A model generated the notes under the pieces. The model did not search any database and was not told the origin of the DNA. It saw only the letters and a program-made list of their open reading frames with translations. The translations under genes and the position numbers were made by a program. DNA of 64,000 nucleotides from Ruminococcus sp. CAG:382 (lineage in GTDB: Bacteria > Bacillota > Clostridia > Lachnospirales > Lachnospiraceae): the NCBI GenBank assembly GCA_963654395.1, contig CAVKBP010000001.1, positions 4,064 through 68,063 of the forward strand, written 5' to 3'. Below are positions 60,768-64,000 of this stretch, one piece after another; position 1 is the stretch's first letter, and every line of letters starts with the position of its first letter.

Positions 60768-62861
60768 ATGAAATCAGGGTACATATGTAGTATGAAAAGA
60801 ATTGCGTCTATTGTGATTATGGCGTGTATGCTTGCGCTTCTGGGAACTGCCGTTGTTTCTGTTATGAATACCAAGGCGGAATCCGTGATTGCACAGGGAC
60901 ATGTCAAATATGATGTTACTAATCTGCGGATAAGAAAATCACCGGTTACAGGAGAGGTCATTACCAAGGTAGACGGTGGATTTAAGTTCGATATATATGA
61001 AGAGGTTAATACTGATTCGGGAACGGTGTGGTACAGCATCGGATTTAACAATAATGGCAGCTATATAAGAGGCTATGTGTCTTCGGATTATACGACGGTT
61101 GATAAAAGAACTGACTACAAGCCGGATGCTGATTTCGAGGAATATCTTAATTCACAGGGATTTCCGGTCAGCTACAAGGACAGCTTAAGACAGCTTCATG
61201 CGCAGTATCCTAACTGGATATTCGTTGCAGACCACAACGGAAAGGACTGGTCAGAGGTTCTTGAGAATCAGAATGTACTCGGACGAAGCCTTACATATGG
61301 TTCAGCAGTATCCTCGTGGAAATCAGTTGCCGAGGGCTGTTATGACTGGGAATCTGGAACATACACAGAGCTTGATTCAGGCGGCTGGGTACAGGCATCA
61401 AGCGCACTCGTTGAGTATGCCCTTGATCCAAGAAATTTCCTGAATGAGACTAATATATTTATGTTCGAGAATCTCGCCTTTGACGGTTCAGTACAGGATG
61501 CGGATGGTCTTGCAAATATGACTAGTGGCACATTTATGGAAAACTCAAGTCATGAGCTTATATACAATGGAACAAGCTATACATATATTACAGGTCTGCT
61601 TTATGCAGGACAGGAATCGGGCGTGAACCCGTATCATCTTGCTTCAAGGATTCTGCAGGAGCAGGGCTATGATGGACATGGAAGCAGCATATCAGGTACA
61701 CAGTCTGGTTACGAGGGCTATTACAATTATTTTAATATAGGCGCATACGCAAGCGGCGGACGGACAGCAGTCCAGAATGGATTAAGATATGCTTCCAGTT
61801 CGGATTCATCTACATTAAGACCCTGGAATTCAAGGATGAAATCTATGATTGGCGGTGCAATCTATCTTGGCAAGAGCTGGATTAATAAGGGGCAGGATAC
61901 TCTGTATTATGAGAAGTTCGATATGTCTGGAAGAGGACATCAGTATATGACAAATGTGCTTGCACCAAGAAGTGAATCTGTCAAGAGCGCACAGGGCTAC
62001 AGCGACAGCAATAAGGAGAGCATAGCATTTGTATTCAAGATTCCGGTATATGAGAATATGCCTGAAAATGTATGCGCTATCCCGACAGGAGACGGAAGCC
62101 CTAACAACAGGCTTGAAAGTCTGTATGTTGATGGCTGTTCACTGACACCGACATTCAGTATATATACGACGGAATACAGTCTTATTGTTGATTATAATAC
62201 TACATCAATAAATGTAAGCGGTTCGGCGCTTGATTCATCAGCAGAGATAAGCGGACTTGGAAACCATGAGCTTGCTGTCGGAAGTAATGAAATTACAGTT
62301 ACTGTTACGGCTGATAACGGTGAGGTACAGAATTATACTATTACAGTAGTAAGGCAGGACAATGAGCCAACACCGGCACCAACGCCGACTCCGGCTCCAG
62401 AACCGACACCACAGCCAGACAACAGCGTAAGCTATCCGGGCTTCTCAACAAGCCTGTCAGTTGATGAAAGCACGAAATATATAAGCGGCATAGCTATATC
62501 AAGCAATGTTTCAGATGTGCTTGGAAAGATTAACAATTATGATGGTGCTTACTCTAAGCTTCTTAATAAGAATGGAAATGAGAAGGACGGATTAGTTGGT
62601 ACTGGCGATATCCTTATAACATATAATTCTTCTGGTGACGAGGTCAGCAGATATGAGATTATTATATATGGAGATGCGAATGGCGATGGGGAGGTTGATT
62701 TATTTGACTTTGCACAGGTGAAAAGAGCTATATTAGGTATATCTGAACCGTCGGGAATATATTGGAAAGCGGCAGACTGCAACAGGGATGGCGAGCTTGA
62801 CCTTTTCGATTTTGCTATGGTGAAGAGATATATATTAGGTATAGGAAGTATAAATCAATAA
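60768..62861 (+). CDS. secreted N-acetylglucosaminidase-type autolysin: SH3b, GH73-like, cadherin-like beta-sandwich, Pro/Thr linker, type I dockerin
   Basis: Signal peptide; LRIRKSP..WY.I...GYVSSDY; NPYHLASRILQEQG, YYNYFNIGA, QYMTN; LTPTFS..TTEY...VTADNG; C-terminal GDANGDGEVDLFD / ADCNRDGELDLFD. Confidence 0.88.
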   Translation: MKSGYICSMKRIASIVIMACMLALLGTAVVSVMNTKAESVIAQGHVKYDVTNLRIRKSPVTGEVITKVDGGFKFDIYEEVNTDSGTVWYSIGFNNNGSYIRGYVSSDYTTVDKRTDYKPDADFEEYLNSQGFPVSYKDSLRQLHAQYPNWIFVADHNGKDWSEVLENQNVLGRSLTYGSAVSSWKSVAEGCYDWESGTYTELDSGGWVQASSALVEYALDPRNFLNETNIFMFENLAFDGSVQDADGLANMTSGTFMENSSHELIYNGTSYTYITGLLYAGQESGVNPYHLASRILQEQGYDGHGSSISGTQSGYEGYYNYFNIGAYASGGRTAVQNGLRYASSSDSSTLRPWNSRMKSMIGGAIYLGKSWINKGQDTLYYEKFDMSGRGHQYMTNVLAPRSESVKSAQGYSDSNKESIAFVFKIPVYENMPENVCAIPTGDGSPNNRLESLYVDGCSLTPTFSIYTTEYSLIVDYNTTSINVSGSALDSSAEISGLGNHELAVGSNEITVTVTADNGEVQNYTITVVRQDNEPTPAPTPTPAPEPTPQPDNSVSYPGFSTSLSVDESTKYISGIAISSNVSDVLGKINNYDGAYSKLLNKNGNEKDGLVGTGDILITYNSSGDEVSRYEIIIYGDANGDGEVDLFDFAQVKRAILGISEPSGIYWKAADCNRDGELDLFDFAMVKRYILGIGSINQ

Positions 62862-62882
62862 ATGTTGATTGAAAGGATGACT

Positions 62883-64000
62883 ATGAATAAGATTAAGAAA
62901 ATACTTGCTTTTGTTAGCGTATTGGTAATGTGCATCGCAATGATTCCTGTTGATTATGCCCGGGCTGATGAAAAGGCTTCCATATCCATAAGCTCGTCAG
63001 GTGGAACTGTTGGAAGTACAGTGACAGTCACAGTTACTATATCAGCTTCATCGGCTATAGATGCCGCATCTGTTCCGGTATCGTATGATAATTCTGTTAT
63101 AAAGCCTGTAAGTGCCGGAAATAGCGGCGTTGTATCATTTTCGCTGCTGGATGCTTCACAGTATGGCTCAAGCGAGTCGATATCAATGCAGTTTGAAATT
63201 ATAGCAGCCGGAACGACAACGCTTAGTGTTGCCGGAGACGCAAAGGTATCTGTCAATGGTGAGCGTGCCACAATCAGCAGCTCTTCATCAGGAAAGGTCA
63301 CAGGAACAGCTCCGGTCAGCTATTCTTCGGACAATGCATTAAAGTCACTGCAGATAAGCCCGGGTTCGCTTTCACCAGCATTTTCACCGGATACGACAAC
63401 CTATAGTGCCTCTGTAGGGGCTGATGTCACAGAGCTTGTGGTAAGTGCTGCGGCTAATGACAGCAAAGCGTCAGTCAGCGTAAGCGGAACAAGGATGGAT
63501 CCGGGGAATAATACAACAACGATTACTGTTACTGCAGAAAACGGTTCAGTAAAGAAATATGTGATATATACTACAAGGGCTGTGTCAGATAAAGAGACAG
63601 CAGCAGAGGCAGATTCAAATGCAGCAACAGATTCAGCGACAGAGGCAGCAACGGAAGAGCTTACAGAAGCTGCATCACAGTCAGAGAATGCTGATGGAAC
63701 AGTTACAATCAATGGGAAAAAGTATTCCGTTGCACAGGACTTATCGGAGGTAACTCTTCCGGATGGATATCAGGAGATTGACTACGATTACAATGGACAG
63801 AAGATAAATGCGGCTGAAGGCATAAAGACTGGTCTTATTCTTATGTATCTTGAAAGCGGCGATGAAAAAAGCGGTGATGAAAATAGTGAAAATGGAGGCT
63901 TCTACATATACGATGAGAAAACGAAAACATTTTCACCATACAACACTGTTGCCGAGCCAGAGATTACCTATGTAGTCCTGCCAATAACTGATTCGCTTGA
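62883..64000 (+). CDS. secreted protein with N-terminal cohesin-like domain and cadherin-like beta-sandwich (partial, runs off window end)
   Basis: My translation from ATG 62883 (RBS GAAAGGA): MNKIKKILAFVSVLVMCIAMIPVDYARADEKASISISSSGGTVGSTVTVTVTISASSAIDAASVPVSYDNSVIK...MQFEIIAAGTTTLSV...SSDNALKSLQISPGSLSPAFSPDTTTY...VTAENG. Open to the window end. Confidence 0.8.
   Translation, partial: MNKIKKILAFVSVLVMCIAMIPVDYARADEKASISISSSGGTVGSTVTVTVTISASSAIDAASVPVSYDNSVIKPVSAGNSGVVSFSLLDASQYGSSESISMQFEIIAAGTTTLSVAGDAKVSVNGERATISSSSSGKVTGTAPVSYSSDNALKSLQISPGSLSPAFSPDTTTYSASVGADVTELVVSAAANDSKASVSVSGTRMDPGNNTTTITVTAENGSVKKYVIYTTRAVSDKETAAEADSNAATDSATEAATEELTEAASQSENADGTVTINGKKYSVAQDLSEVTLPDGYQEIDYDYNGQKINAAEGIKTGLILMYLESGDEKSGDENSENGGFYIYDEKTKTFSPYNTVAEPEITYVVLPITDSL

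Overview
This is a gene-dense, mostly core chromosomal segment of a spore-forming, motile, low-GC Clostridia bacterium. The gene content and intergenic repeats suggest Lachnospiraceae (inference). It carries the ppk 3' end, pfkA, uppP, tsaA, ispF-cysE-cysS-mrnC-rlmB-sigH-tRNA-Thr-purA, hslO-aroK-glnS, an LTA synthase, csp, a P-type ATPase, a soluble CZB chemoreceptor, CBS-PPase, map, cotJABC, ogg, CIRCE-groESL, guaB, cheX-cheY-truA-like-argS, kduD, a GGDEF-EAL gene coupled to pyrC-pyrF-pyrK-pyrD, and prfC. I saw no transposase, phage gene or CRISPR array. Four items stand out. (1) A tandem pair of very large (998 and ~1321 aa) paralogous, signal-less proteins built from shared helical modules, on the opposite strand at 51.4-58.4 kb. 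(2) A secreted glucosaminidase ending in a type I dockerin, directly upstream of a secreted cohesin-like protein, suggesting a non-cellulosomal cohesin-dockerin autolysin anchoring pair. (3) At least three families of small palindromic intergenic elements, one demonstrably MITE-like with perfect 8-bp target-site duplications. (4) Three enzyme homologues lacking key catalytic residues: TruA (Asp->Glu), PyrC (His->Asn) and a YhfC-like protein. All functional calls come from motif recognition by eye; no database search was run.
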